Part shown: in pieces, positions 9,368 to 19,889 of the stretch | Position numbering within the stretch: position 1 is the stretch's first letter | Layout: every line of letters begins with the position of its first letter | Assembly (NCBI GenBank): GCA_963702845.1 | Contig: OY969763.1 | Location: 192,001-256,000, forward strand | Length of the DNA stretch: 64,000 nt | Source of the DNA: an uncultured Verrucomicrobiae bacterium | GTDB taxonomy: Bacteria > Verrucomicrobiota > Verrucomicrobiia > Limisphaerales > Palsa-1400 | Direction of reading: 5' to 3' | Translations under genes and position numbers: made by a program | Notes under the pieces: model-generated | The model's input: the letters and a program-made list of their open reading frames with translations, nothing else | The model's database searches: none | What the model was told of the DNA's origin: nothing

Positions 9368-11641
9368 TTGCAGTGTGTTACACTCGGCGACCTGAGTAAA
9401 CTCTTCATTACAAGCCTATTTCGCCTTATACACCCTGTCCTCGCTGGGACAGGTGGTGTTGTCGGATCATTGCGACGTGACGGGGGGCAGTTCGGCGGGG
9501 ACGGGCTTCGGCGTGAACGCGGGGGTCAATTATCAAGTCGCGACGCGGCTTACTGGAACTGCTTCAAACGGATTAAGTTACTTGCAGACGGCGACGACAA
9601 AAGCTGCGTCGAGTTATTCCATTTCGAGCAACAAAATCTCCGTTGCCGTTGCTGCCAATCCCGGCCGGTTTACTTTCACCGCTGATCATGCGACACCGAA
9701 AGATTTAGGAGCCGTGTTGGGAAGTGACATGGCGACGGCGGTTACGCCGAAGATTTATGATCTGGCGGTCAAGATTTCGAATCGTAGCAGTGGCACGGAA
9801 AGGACTTCGTTCGGTGTCGCTACTGCAGACGGCGGTATTCAAGATTGGAGCCTCGGCATGCAGCTGGTGAATAGTGGCACGGATTTAAGTTGTATCGGCG
9901 AGTTGATTCCACGTCGAACCCGACTGCGGCTGACTACAATAACATCATTGCAACATTGCCCGGGCCAAGCGGGAGCGGAAATCACTTTGCGGATTCACGT
10001 CACCGACGCCGGCGCGGAGAGCGGTAGCGCGTATAGCTCGAAATACGAAGTTTTTGTCAATGGAACGCTGGTTTTTAGCAGCGGTGCCGGGGATTTTCGG
10101 TTCGCCAATTCCGCTGCGCGGCTCATTTTGTTCGACACCGCGCCGAGCGCAGGGCCCGTCACTTATGACGATTTTTCGCTGACTGCGGTCACCACGTACG
10201 AACGCGCCGCCGCCGGCAACGAATCGGGTTCTACAGTTAGCTTCACTCCTGTCACCCAAGGGCCGATTCGAGATCGCGTGGGGAAGTAATGTCGGCACCA
10301 ACTACACAGTGCTTATAACTACAAATCCCGGTTCTGCACCGTGGGCGTTGGCGACGAATATCACAGCGACGAATACGTATACGTTGGTGATTGTTGATAA
10401 CATCGTGCAATCACCGTTCGCTTATTTCCGCGTCGCACAGCTTGCTCAAAGCGGTTTGGCGGCCACGAATGTTTCGGCGACGCAAACAGCGCCCGGGACC
10501 GTGAAGATTTCGTATAGCCTTTCGGACCTTTATTTCGGAACAGCGTCGGTTTCCGTTCTGGTCTCGACTGACGGCGGTCTGACGTATTCTGCGCCGGCAG
10601 CGAGTTTCAGCGGAGACGTTGGCGGAGGAATTACGGCTGGAACCGAATCATCAAATCATCTGGAACGTCGGTTCTGATTGGGCGGTGGCGAGCGGTAACG
10701 TGCGGATTAAAATCGTTGTCGATCGTGCGCCTGTTTCCGGCGATATGGCGCTTGTTCCTGGTGGTTCTTTTAACATGGGTGATGCGCAGGCGGAAGGGTT
10801 TGGCGTGTGAAGCGCCCGTGCATTCAGTGAACGTGAGCGACTTTTACATCGAGCGTCATGAAGTCACGAAAGCACTTTGGGACGATGTCATGCAGTGGGC
10901 GACGAATCATGGATACGGTTTCGACAATCCCGGTGTCGCGAGTCAGGCGAGTGATCCCGAGCAGCAGGTGAGTTGGTTTGATGCTGTTAAATGGTGCAAT
11001 GCGCGCTCTGAAAAAGAAGGTATGTCGCCGGCTTATTTTACTGACACGACGTTGGCAAGCTGTTTACCGCACGTGGCCAGGTGAATATTCGCCGAAACAT
11101 GCGTGCGCTGGCAGGGGGCAGGGCTATCGTTTGCCGACGGAAGCCGAGTGGGAAAAGGCTGCGCGCGGTGGGTTGGATGGAAAGACGGTTTCCCTTTGGC
11201 GATACGATAACACAGGCAAAGGCAGATTATTGGAGCACTTCTTTCGAGTCGTACGATGTCAATGGAGCGGACGGCCCGCATCCGTCAGCCCCTGAATTTC
11301 CCAATGTTCTGCCGGTCGGACATTTTCTCCCGACCGGTTACGGGCTGTATGACATGGCTGGCAATATTTGGGAATGGTGCTGGGATTTATATGGTGACAG
11401 TTGGTATTCGGACGCACGCGCGAGCCTCGGTGACACGCACGGGCCAACTTCCGCTTCGTGGGGTGGCGACCGTGTTTATCGGGGCGGCAGCGGAGTGGAT
11501 ATCGCGTGGAAAAGTCGTGTGGCCAATCGCGCTGATGCGCCACCGCGTTTTGCCATGGGACATTTTGGATTTCGTGTGGCATTGCCGGCTGGAGACAATT
11601 TGGTTTCCGCTGTATCGCCTGTATTGACACTGACTCCCTGA
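9368..11641 (+). CDS. Exported multidomain protein, broken by several frameshifts: unnamed N-terminal domain, internal FYR-type domain, Ig-like domain and FGE-sulfatase (SUMF1-like) domain
   Basis: Joined from ORFs 9368, 9453, 10309, 10619, 10716, 10978 and 11081. Motifs VPGGSFNMG, FYIERHEVT, VSWFDAVKWCN, YRLPTEAEWEKAARGG, YGLYDMAGNIWEWC and FGFRV. The start is uncertain. Confidence 0.75.
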
Positions 11642-11647
11642 CCGATC

Positions 11648-13046
11648 ATGAAACGACGAATTACAGCATTATGATGTGCGCGCTGATTTGCGTGTGCGCG
11701 TGCATTGCGGATGCTGCGCAGACGAACAAGCCGAACGTCATTTTTATTCTGATCGACGACATGGGTTACGCGGATACGAGTTGTTATCGGACCAGCGGCA
11801 CGCCTGTCGTTACTACGACGAACATTGATCATTTTGCCACTCAAGGAACGCGATTTACGCAGTATCATGCGACTTCGCCTATTTGCTCGCCTTCGCGCAC
11901 GTCGCTGATCAGCGGTTCGCAGCCAGGGCGTTGGCGCATCACTTCGTACCTCGACAACAAGTCAGTCAATCGGACGAGAAACATGGCTGATTTTGCGGAT
12001 CCGCAAATGCCGTCGATTGCTCGCGCGTTCAAAGCAGCAGGTTATAAGACCGGACATTTTGGCAAATGGCATCTCGACGCAGGTCGAAACGTCGATGATT
12101 CGCCGTTGCCACAAGCTTACGGTTTTGATGAATCGCTCGTTTCATTTGAAGGGCTAGGCAACCGCGAGCTGATCGAAGGCGATTCGCTGTCGACGGTCAA
12201 TGCGCAGTCGAAACAAGGGAACATCGAATGGATGCCGAAATACGAATGCGGGTCGAATCACGTGAACGCTGCCATCGCGTTCCTGACGGCGCACACCAAT
12301 GAACCTTGCTACGTTAATCTGTGGTTTAACGACGTTCATACGGCGTGGCTGCCGCAGGCTGGTACGTGGGACAAATACACTAACTTCACGATCAACGTGG
12401 ATGAGCAGAAGTTTTACGCGGTGCTCGAGAATCTCGATGTGCAGGTCGGTCGGTTTTTGAAGGCGCTGGATACCCTGGGCATCGCGAGTAACTCCATTGT
12501 CATTTATGCCAGTGACAACGGCGCTCCGGGCGATGGCACGACGGCATTCGCGCTGGCCCGCAATGGTGGGTTGCGCGGACGTAAAGGCAGCGTTTACGAA
12601 GGTGGCACGCGCTTGCCGTTTATTGTACGGTGGCCGGGAAAAGTTCCGGCTGGTCGCGTTGACAGTTCTTCGGTCTTAACTGGTGTGGATTTCCTGCCAA
12701 CTTTTTGCTCGCTCGCGAGCGTTAGCCTTCCTTCAAGTTACATTGCCGATGGTGAAAACATGAGCGTGGCGATTCTTGGCGCAAATCAGTCCCGCACGAA
12801 GCCCGCGATTTGGTGGTTTATCAACGATACTGGGCCAGCCGTTGGGAATTACCATCATGCCCCGCCGCTTGCCATGCGCAATCGGCAAGTGGAAGGTGCT
12901 GACAGATTATACGAAGAGCACGATTGAGCTTTATGACATGGACGCGGATCGCGTTTGAAACAACCAATGTCGCGACTAGCCAAAGCGCGACTGCAAATTC
13001 GATGGCCGATCAAGTAATCGCATGGTGGCAAACGATGCCGAAATAA
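11648..13046 (+). CDS. Exported arylsulfatase-family (Cys-type, formylglycine-dependent) sulfatase; frameshifts near both ends
   Basis: KPNVIFILIDDMGY, CSPSRTSLISG (CxPxR), GYKTGHFGKWHL and SDNG..LRGRKGSVYEGG. The C-terminus continues in other frames (GKWKVL..ELYDM..WWQTMPK*). Confidence 0.9.
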
Positions 13047-13083
13047 TTTCCCAAACACGAACCTGCAACCCGACAAGAAAAGT

Positions 13084-16000
13084 ATGAAAATAAAGCACTC
13101 CATCTTCGTAACAATGCTCATTGCGATGCTCGTCGCCATCTCAGCACGGTCGCAAACTATCGTCGTCAGCGATAATTTTACTGCCACAACTGCCGGCACG
13201 GGTTTCGCGCTCGGAGCCGGCGTCAACACCGGCATCAATCCGCCCACAACGCGTATGACCGGGGCGGCGGCGGCGAACCTTCGCTACATCTCGGCAGTCA
13301 CGACGCGCCCGGAAACAAAGTACGATATTAACGCCAATCGTTTACGTTGTGTGACTGACGCAGGGATTGGTCGATTCACGATTTCCGCAAACGGCGCCTC
13401 GGCGTTTGACTTTGGGCCGACACTTGGGTCTGCCTACGCCAGTCCAACCAATCCCGCCATTTACGATATCAAGATCAGCATGCGAAACGATGCAACGAGC
13501 ACCGCGCGGTTCAGCTTTGGCCTTGCAACCGCTGAAGGCGATGCCACGACGTGGGACTTTGGTATCCAACTCTACCGCACCAGCACAACCATCGACTTTT
13601 ATACCATCCAAAAACGTATCGACAGTGCGTCAGCAGGTGTGACAGACGTCAACGCAGTTTTGGGAACCACTGGACCGAACTCAACAAATTCACTCATACC
13701 TTTTACGATTCGTGTCACTGACGCGGGCGCGGAAACGACGGCTTACAGTTCCCGTATCCAAGTGTCGACGAATGCGGGCGCATCGTGGATGTACGACTCT
13801 TCCACAGACGCGGCTCTGCCAAATGGTTTCCGGTTCGACGGCCCCGGTCGCATCATCGATTTTGACCAGGCCGGTAACAGTTCCGGCAATGTGTTCTACG
13901 ACAGCTTCTCCATCACCTCAATTTTTGCCCCAGGACCGCCGCCGGCAGTTACCTGGACCGGCACAGGCGCCAATGACAATTGGTCAACGCCAGAAAATTG
14001 GAGTGGCACTGTAGTTCCCTCCAACGGTCAACCGGTCACCTTCGATGGCACTACACGACAAACGAACTTCAACGATCTCACCGATTTCAGTACTTTAGCA
14101 GTCTCGTTCAATACCGGCGGGTTTTCACTTTCCGGCAACCCATTCTCCATCAACTCGACAGTCAGCAACCTTGCTGGCGTGAACATTTTCAACACAGATA
14201 TCTCCTTTGGCACTACCGCTGCGAAAACCTGGAGCATTGCCAGTGGCAGTGAAGTGCTCGTGAACGGCACCACCACGATTGAGGTGACAGGCGATCACGG
14301 AATCTCGGGTGGCGGCACGTTGCACAACAAGGGCCCGGTTAACATCGGCCAGGCTACGACTGCAAATCCTGCGTTCTCGCTTTTTGAAGGTAAACACTTG
14401 ATCGACGGCGTAGCTTTTGCGACGCGGGGTGGATACCGGATTGGATCGCAACCCTCCGGTATCGGCGGGCAGACTGTGCTGACGAACGGTGCAACTCTTT
14501 CAATCACCGCAACGAGCGGCAATTTACGGGTAGGCGACAGCGCCAATACGAACGCTGCCCGTCTCGACATGGACAACAGCACGTTGTCGTTAGCTGGGAA
14601 TGTTATTTTGGCAGTTTCTTATGCGGCGGGTGCGACAGCAGTCGTCAATCAAAACGGCGGCAGTGTGAGCGCGCCGGTTACCAGCTTCAGTGAGTCAGGC
14701 GCAGGCACTGGCACTTACACGATTAAAAACGGCGCGCTATCCACCCGTGTCATACGCAAAAACAACGCGGGCGGAACGGCCTCGATATATTTCGACAACG
14801 CGACGCTCTCGACCGCTGCTGGGGCGAGTAACGCGTTCTTCTCAGGTCTCAATCTCGCGCAGATTCAACCGGGTGGTTTGAACCTCGACGCCCAGAGTGA
14901 TATTGTGATTGGACAGGTGTTGAGCGGTTCCGGCGGAATTGTGAAGAGCAGTTTTGCCTCGGCGACCCTCACGGGCGCTAACACTTACACCGGCAACACG
15001 GTGGTCTCAGGTGGAAAACTGGCCTTGCCCACGATCCAAACAAACGCCACCACGGTTCAGGTTTTCAGTGGCGCTGAATTTGGGGTGAGCGAACAAACGC
15101 TGGGTAGCACGTTGAATGTTTCGGCGTTGAACTTTGCTTCGTCAGGAACCTTGAGCTTTGACCTTGGCGCGTTCGGTACGCCAACAGCGCCATTGATGAA
15201 GGTGGCAACTCTGTCGGTGGGAGGCACGGTGACGATTAATGTTGCCAATGGTCTGCAGTTGACGCCCGGACAAATTGTCCTCGTCGATTACAATGGCACG
15301 ATCAGCGGCGGTTTCCAATTTCAACTCGGCACCCTGCCACCCGGAGTCACGGCGACATTGGTTAACAACACGGCGAATAGCTCCATTGATTTGAACATTA
15401 CGGGCGTCCCCGGCTTCCGTTGGACGGGAGCCGTGAATGGAGATTGGGATACCTCGACACAGAACTGGATCAATCTGCAGGACGGGTCGGTTTCGGCGTA
15501 TGCAGACGGGTTCCCCGTTGAGTTCCGCGATGGCGCCGCGACAGGCAATATCAACATTCCTGGATTCCCATCGCCGTCAATCATCACGGTTAGCAACAAC
15601 ACGCTTCCTTACGTCTGGAGCAGTGGCGCGTTGACACTGGGCACAATTAAAAAATTCGGTAGCAACACAGTAACACGCGTTGAAATCGGCTCTGATATCA
15701 TCGGCACCTTGGAAATTAACCAAGGCAAGTTTGCCGTCAGCAATGCTTTCGATACTGTTTTCCCGACCCTTCTGACTGACACGAGTGCTGGTACGGGCAC
15801 TTTCGTAAAACAAGGCGCGAGCAAACTAACGATCAATTCGACAAACAGCACCTACGACGGTTCTACGCTCATTCAAGAAGGCACCGTTAAAATTTCGAAT
15901 GACCGCGCATTAGGTTCGGCGAGCGCCAGAATCACAATTGGTTCAGGTGCGACTCTTGATCTGAACGATTTTACGCCCGGTGCTCAGCCCGTAACGGTGT

Positions 16001-17277
16001 CTGGCGCTGGTGTTGGCGGACAGGGTGCAATTATCGATACAACGACAGCCACTGCCGTAGGCGTTAACCTGCGCGATGTGACGATGGTTGGAGACACCAC
16101 GTTTGGTGGCGCGGCCGGTCGTTGGGATATTCGTGTTCGCAACAGCACGGGCCCTGGACCGGGTCTGCGCGGCAACGGATATAATCTGACCAAAGAAGGT
16201 GCCGGTCTCGTCAGCATTGCCTGCCAGCGTGATCTCGGAACAAACACTCCGTATTGGGACATGAACCTCGGAAACATCGTGATTAATGGGGGCACTCTGG
16301 CCCTGGCTGAATCGCTCACTCCGGGTAATTCGGCGAAGACAATCACGATCAACTCTGGGGCGGCGATCCAGTTGTTTGACCTCGGCCTGACGAATCCGCT
16401 CGTTCGAGATATCATTATGTCGGATGGCAAACTCAACGGTGGCGGCGCCAGCACTGACACGAACATTGTCAATGGCACAATCAATCTTACGGGTGCTAAC
16501 AGCACCAAGATGGATCAATGTTTCATGATGTTCAACGGAGGAATCACCGGATCCGGTTCGCTTGCTGTTTCCGCGAATGATCCCGGACGCCTCTATCTCA
16601 ACGGCGCGAACACGTTCGCAGGTGATTTGAACGTGACGAATGGCACTTTGGGCGGCACCGGATCCATCGCCGGTAAACTGATCATGCAGGGCGGAACGTT
16701 GGCTCCGGGTCAGATGGATGTGCTTGGCACATTCACCGTCGGCAGCACCGCAACTTTGGCGGGAACGAACTTGATGGAAATCAATCGCGCTGCCAGCCCG
16801 AATAGTGATCGCTTGAACGTTGGCGGAACGCTGACCTTCGGCGGCATCCTAAAAGTCGTGCTCGGCGTCGGAGCCGCGGTGCCTCAAGCTGGTGATGTTT
16901 ACCAGTTGTTCAACAAAGGTAGCGCGAGTTCGTTCAGCTCGATCATTCTGCCTGACTTGTCGGCGTTGCCCGGCGGGTTGTCCTGGAACACGGGCAATCT
17001 TGTTGTGAACGGATCAATCTCCGTTTCGGGAACCGGTCCCGCAAACCCGCCGACTATCACGTCTGCTTCTGTATCGGGATCAAATTTCGTGTTTAGCGGC
17101 ACGGGCGGCACGCAAGGTAACAACTACATTGTGCTGAGCTCGACGAACGTTGCTCTGTCGATTACGAACTGGACCTCGATCGCGACCAATCAATTTGGAA
17201 CTGGCGGTACCTTTTCGGTGACCAACGCCATCAGACCGAGTGTGCCCGCGTCGTTCTTCGAACTGCGGGTTCCATAG
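13084..17277 (+). CDS. Large exported protein: unnamed N-terminal domain, passenger-associated beta-strand repeats and C-terminal FYR-type domain
   Basis: Signal peptide; WTGTGANDNWSTPENW; LTGANTYTGNT repeats; ends ASFFELRVP; no beta-barrel. Confidence 0.9.
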   Translation: MKIKHSIFVTMLIAMLVAISARSQTIVVSDNFTATTAGTGFALGAGVNTGINPPTTRMTGAAAANLRYISAVTTRPETKYDINANRLRCVTDAGIGRFTISANGASAFDFGPTLGSAYASPTNPAIYDIKISMRNDATSTARFSFGLATAEGDATTWDFGIQLYRTSTTIDFYTIQKRIDSASAGVTDVNAVLGTTGPNSTNSLIPFTIRVTDAGAETTAYSSRIQVSTNAGASWMYDSSTDAALPNGFRFDGPGRIIDFDQAGNSSGNVFYDSFSITSIFAPGPPPAVTWTGTGANDNWSTPENWSGTVVPSNGQPVTFDGTTRQTNFNDLTDFSTLAVSFNTGGFSLSGNPFSINSTVSNLAGVNIFNTDISFGTTAAKTWSIASGSEVLVNGTTTIEVTGDHGISGGGTLHNKGPVNIGQATTANPAFSLFEGKHLIDGVAFATRGGYRIGSQPSGIGGQTVLTNGATLSITATSGNLRVGDSANTNAARLDMDNSTLSLAGNVILAVSYAAGATAVVNQNGGSVSAPVTSFSESGAGTGTYTIKNGALSTRVIRKNNAGGTASIYFDNATLSTAAGASNAFFSGLNLAQIQPGGLNLDAQSDIVIGQVLSGSGGIVKSSFASATLTGANTYTGNTVVSGGKLALPTIQTNATTVQVFSGAEFGVSEQTLGSTLNVSALNFASSGTLSFDLGAFGTPTAPLMKVATLSVGGTVTINVANGLQLTPGQIVLVDYNGTISGGFQFQLGTLPPGVTATLVNNTANSSIDLNITGVPGFRWTGAVNGDWDTSTQNWINLQDGSVSAYADGFPVEFRDGAATGNINIPGFPSPSIITVSNNTLPYVWSSGALTLGTIKKFGSNTVTRVEIGSDIIGTLEINQGKFAVSNAFDTVFPTLLTDTSAGTGTFVKQGASKLTINSTNSTYDGSTLIQEGTVKISNDRALGSASARITIGSGATLDLNDFTPGAQPVTVSGAGVGGQGAIIDTTTATAVGVNLRDVTMVGDTTFGGAAGRWDIRVRNSTGPGPGLRGNGYNLTKEGAGLVSIACQRDLGTNTPYWDMNLGNIVINGGTLALAESLTPGNSAKTITINSGAAIQLFDLGLTNPLVRDIIMSDGKLNGGGASTDTNIVNGTINLTGANSTKMDQCFMMFNGGITGSGSLAVSANDPGRLYLNGANTFAGDLNVTNGTLGGTGSIAGKLIMQGGTLAPGQMDVLGTFTVGSTATLAGTNLMEINRAASPNSDRLNVGGTLTFGGILKVVLGVGAAVPQAGDVYQLFNKGSASSFSSIILPDLSALPGGLSWNTGNLVVNGSISVSGTGPANPPTITSASVSGSNFVFSGTGGTQGNNYIVLSSTNVALSITNWTSIATNQFGTGGTFSVTNAIRPSVPASFFELRVP

Positions 17278-17295
17278 TCCGAACAGTTTAAGTAT

Positions 17296-18093
17296 ATGAA
17301 AAAGCGTATTGGGTCCAGAGGGGCGATCGCGCAGTCCGTAATTGCCGCTGCGCGACGCCCGGCGGTTGCGTCGGTTAAAGCTGCGTTCACGTTGATCGAG
17401 TTGTTGGTGGTTATTGCCATCATTGCGATCCTTGCGTCCATGTTGTTGCCAGCGCTGTCGAAGGCAAAAGCGAAGGGATTGCAAACGCAATGCATCAGCA
17501 ATAACAAACAAATGGCCCTGTCGTTTCAGATGTGGGCCGATGACAACAACGACGGCAAATACCCATGGAACCCTGGACGCGGCCAGGTCGGCGGCGCTGA
17601 TCCAAAGCAACTACGAACAAACTGGGTCGTGATACAGCATTATCTGAATAACCCAAAGGTGTTGACGTGCCCAGCGGATACAAAACGTTCGCCAATTCGC
17701 AGTTGGGTCGATTTCGGGGTTGTATTGGAGTTTCGAACCAACCTTAGTTACACCTTCTGTCTTGATTCAATGCCGAGCCGTCCGGGGGCTCTCCTGACCG
17801 CCGATAACTACTTTTCGAGCGATTATCCCGCCAACAAAACCCTCGCGTTGCCGGACAATGCCGCTAGTGGTTCTGATCATACATTCAATCGCCCGCTCTA
17901 CATTCGACGTGGTTGGTGGGCCAACGTCCGACACATGAATATCGGGGTTGCGAGCTTTTGTGACGGCAGCGCTCGCTCGCTCAAGTCAGAAAAACTGCAG
18001 GAGGCATTCCTCTTCATGTTTGATCATTATCTCACTGACCCGGCGGATAAGTTGACGTTTAAGTTCCCGCAATACACCCCCGTCCCATACTGA
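17296..18093 (+). CDS. Prepilin-type N-terminal cleavage/methylation protein with H-X9-DG motif (pseudopilin-like)
   Basis: [35 protein letters not shown] and H-MNIGVASFC-DG. Confidence 0.9.
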   Translation: MKKRIGSRGAIAQSVIAAARRPAVASVKAAFTLIELLVVIAIIAILASMLLPALSKAKAKGLQTQCISNNKQMALSFQMWADDNNDGKYPWNPGRGQVGGADPKQLRTNWVVIQHYLNNPKVLTCPADTKRSPIRSWVDFGVVLEFRTNLSYTFCLDSMPSRPGALLTADNYFSSDYPANKTLALPDNAASGSDHTFNRPLYIRRGWWANVRHMNIGVASFCDGSARSLKSEKLQEAFLFMFDHYLTDPADKLTFKFPQYTPVPY

Positions 18094-18601
18094 CCACTTG
18101 AGGTTATCGGGGTTTCGGGACCGAGCTGAAACGTTGTTGGTCAGCGCGAAACAATCGTTCGTCATCTTCGGTCGTTTCGTTTATTTGGGATTCACGCGAC
18201 CTGCTAATCGCGTTTTTTTGCCCTGTCGCCCGCCAGGTATTTGTCGCAAATCGAGTTTTCAGGACTGCGAAGCATTGCAAAACCGCTGATTTGAGAATCT
18301 TTTTCTCAACTGCGTTTTCCTCGGTTTTACGAGGGAAAACCGGGTGATCTAAGCTTTTTCCGTAATGTGGCATGAGATTTTCTATTGCAATGAATCGACT
18401 CTATGTCATATAACCGCCCTCGTAATAACCGAAGCGATGAGGATTGTATAAGTTACAATCGTTGTCATGGGACCGAATCGACGAGACACGATTTGGCCAA
18501 GTTACAAACGCTCCGCAGTCCCTGCGGAGCAGAAAGGAGTGTTCGTCCAGGCCCCGAGCATCGGTTCAAGGAGTGTTTTAATTTTTGTTTATTAGTGACG
18601 T

Positions 18602-19291
18602 ATGCCTATTCGCATTAATTTGCTAGCAGAGGCGCAAGCCACTGAAGATCTGCGTCGCCGTGACCCGGTAAAGCGGGGTCTATGGATTGGGGGCTTCCTC
18701 GTTTGTGTGGTTCTTCTCTGGTGCGGCAAACTTCAAATCGACATCTGGCGTGAAGGTATTACTCGAACTCGTCTTGAACGCGATTGGACGAGCAAGGAAC
18801 CTAAATTCAAGGTGCTGCTCGCGACGCAGGAGAGAGCGGATCGTCTTCAGGCGCTGATGGACGGACTGGATCGTTACTCGACCAACCGCTTTTTGTGGGC
18901 AAACGCGCTAAACGCCATCCAGCACAGCACGATTGAAGACATTCAGGTAACACGAATTCGTGGAGATCAGACATACGACATCGTTCGTGCCGAGAATTTG
19001 ACCAACAGCACGCCAAACGGTCCCGCGATCACGCACAAGCCTGGAATTTCCACCGAGCATATCCGGGTCGTGGTGGATGCCCGCGATTTCAACAACCAGA
19101 ACCAGACCTGGACGAAGTACAAAGAGTCGCTGGCTAAAAACGCTTATTTCAAACGCCACCTGAAGCGCGGCGAGGGATTCGTGCTTGACGGTACGCAAGG
19201 TGCCCCTGGCCGCGATCCGCTGGATCCATTACGCGAATTTGTGTCGTTCAGTTTGGTGACACATCTGCCGGAGGTGAAGCGCTATGAATAA
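18602..19291 (+). CDS. PilN/GspL-like inner-membrane alignment protein
   Basis: N-terminal RINLL motif (like the PilM-binding INLLP), one TM helix, coiled coil, then WANALNAI..IQVTRI. First gene of the coupled operon. Confidence 0.7.
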   Translation: MPIRINLLAEAQATEDLRRRDPVKRGLWIGGFLVCVVLLWCGKLQIDIWREGITRTRLERDWTSKEPKFKVLLATQERADRLQALMDGLDRYSTNRFLWANALNAIQHSTIEDIQVTRIRGDQTYDIVRAENLTNSTPNGPAITHKPGISTEHIRVVVDARDFNNQNQTWTKYKESLAKNAYFKRHLKRGEGFVLDGTQGAPGRDPLDPLREFVSFSLVTHLPEVKRYE

Positions 19292-19889
19292 CCTTCCAAA
19301 AGCGAAACGCGATCAATTGATTATAATCGTGGTGTTCACGCTGGCGATTATGGGAGCGCTAATATTTTTCGTAGTCGATGCGCAGAATGCGGAACTGAAG
19401 CGGACAAAATCGAAGACTGACACGGTGCGGGAGAAGCTGCTTCGGGCGGACAAACTGTCGCGAACGGAATCGGATCTCCAGGTCAGGTTCCAAAAGGTAT
19501 CAAAAGAGTTGTCGTCGCAAGAAGTATTGTTGGCCCCGGACCACGACACATATGCATGGCTGTTGCAGACTCTGACGCAGTTCCTCTCGGTGCATCGAGG
19601 TGCTGGAGTTACGCCGGCCGGTATCAGCCAGCCGGATATCGGTGAAGCTACGATGATTCCCAAGTTTGCTTATAAAGCCGCCACGTTCCACGTGAAGGGC
19701 AATGGCCACTTCCATGACGTGGGACGGTTTATCGCCGATCTCGAAACCGATTTCCCATATCTGCGCGTGCAGAACATTGAACTGTCGCGAGCCTCAGCTA
19801 CGTCGTCAGGCGGCGATATCGAGCTGCTGGGTGCTTCGTTTGACCTGGTGATGCTGATGCAACCCACAACTCCGATCGAAAACCGATGA
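19284..19889 (+). CDS. PilO/GspM-like protein
   Basis: TM helix, coiled coil and GHFHDVGRFIADLE..YLRVQNIEL (PilO-like). Overlaps the upstream gene by 8 nt. Confidence 0.75.
   Translation: MNNLPKAKRDQLIIIVVFTLAIMGALIFFVVDAQNAELKRTKSKTDTVREKLLRADKLSRTESDLQVRFQKVSKELSSQEVLLAPDHDTYAWLLQTLTQFLSVHRGAGVTPAGISQPDIGEATMIPKFAYKAATFHVKGNGHFHDVGRFIADLETDFPYLRVQNIELSRASATSSGGDIELLGASFDLVMLMQPTTPIENR

Noticed and set aside
18368..18383. Canonical sigma-54 promoter for the secretin operon
   Set aside because: The -24 TGGCA is present but the -12 position reads TC instead of GC. Kept only as a weak note.
18460..18575. c-di-GMP riboswitch in the pilN leader
   Set aside because: Hairpins are present, but I could not find the GEMM-I GCAAA / GNRA tetraloop-receptor pattern.
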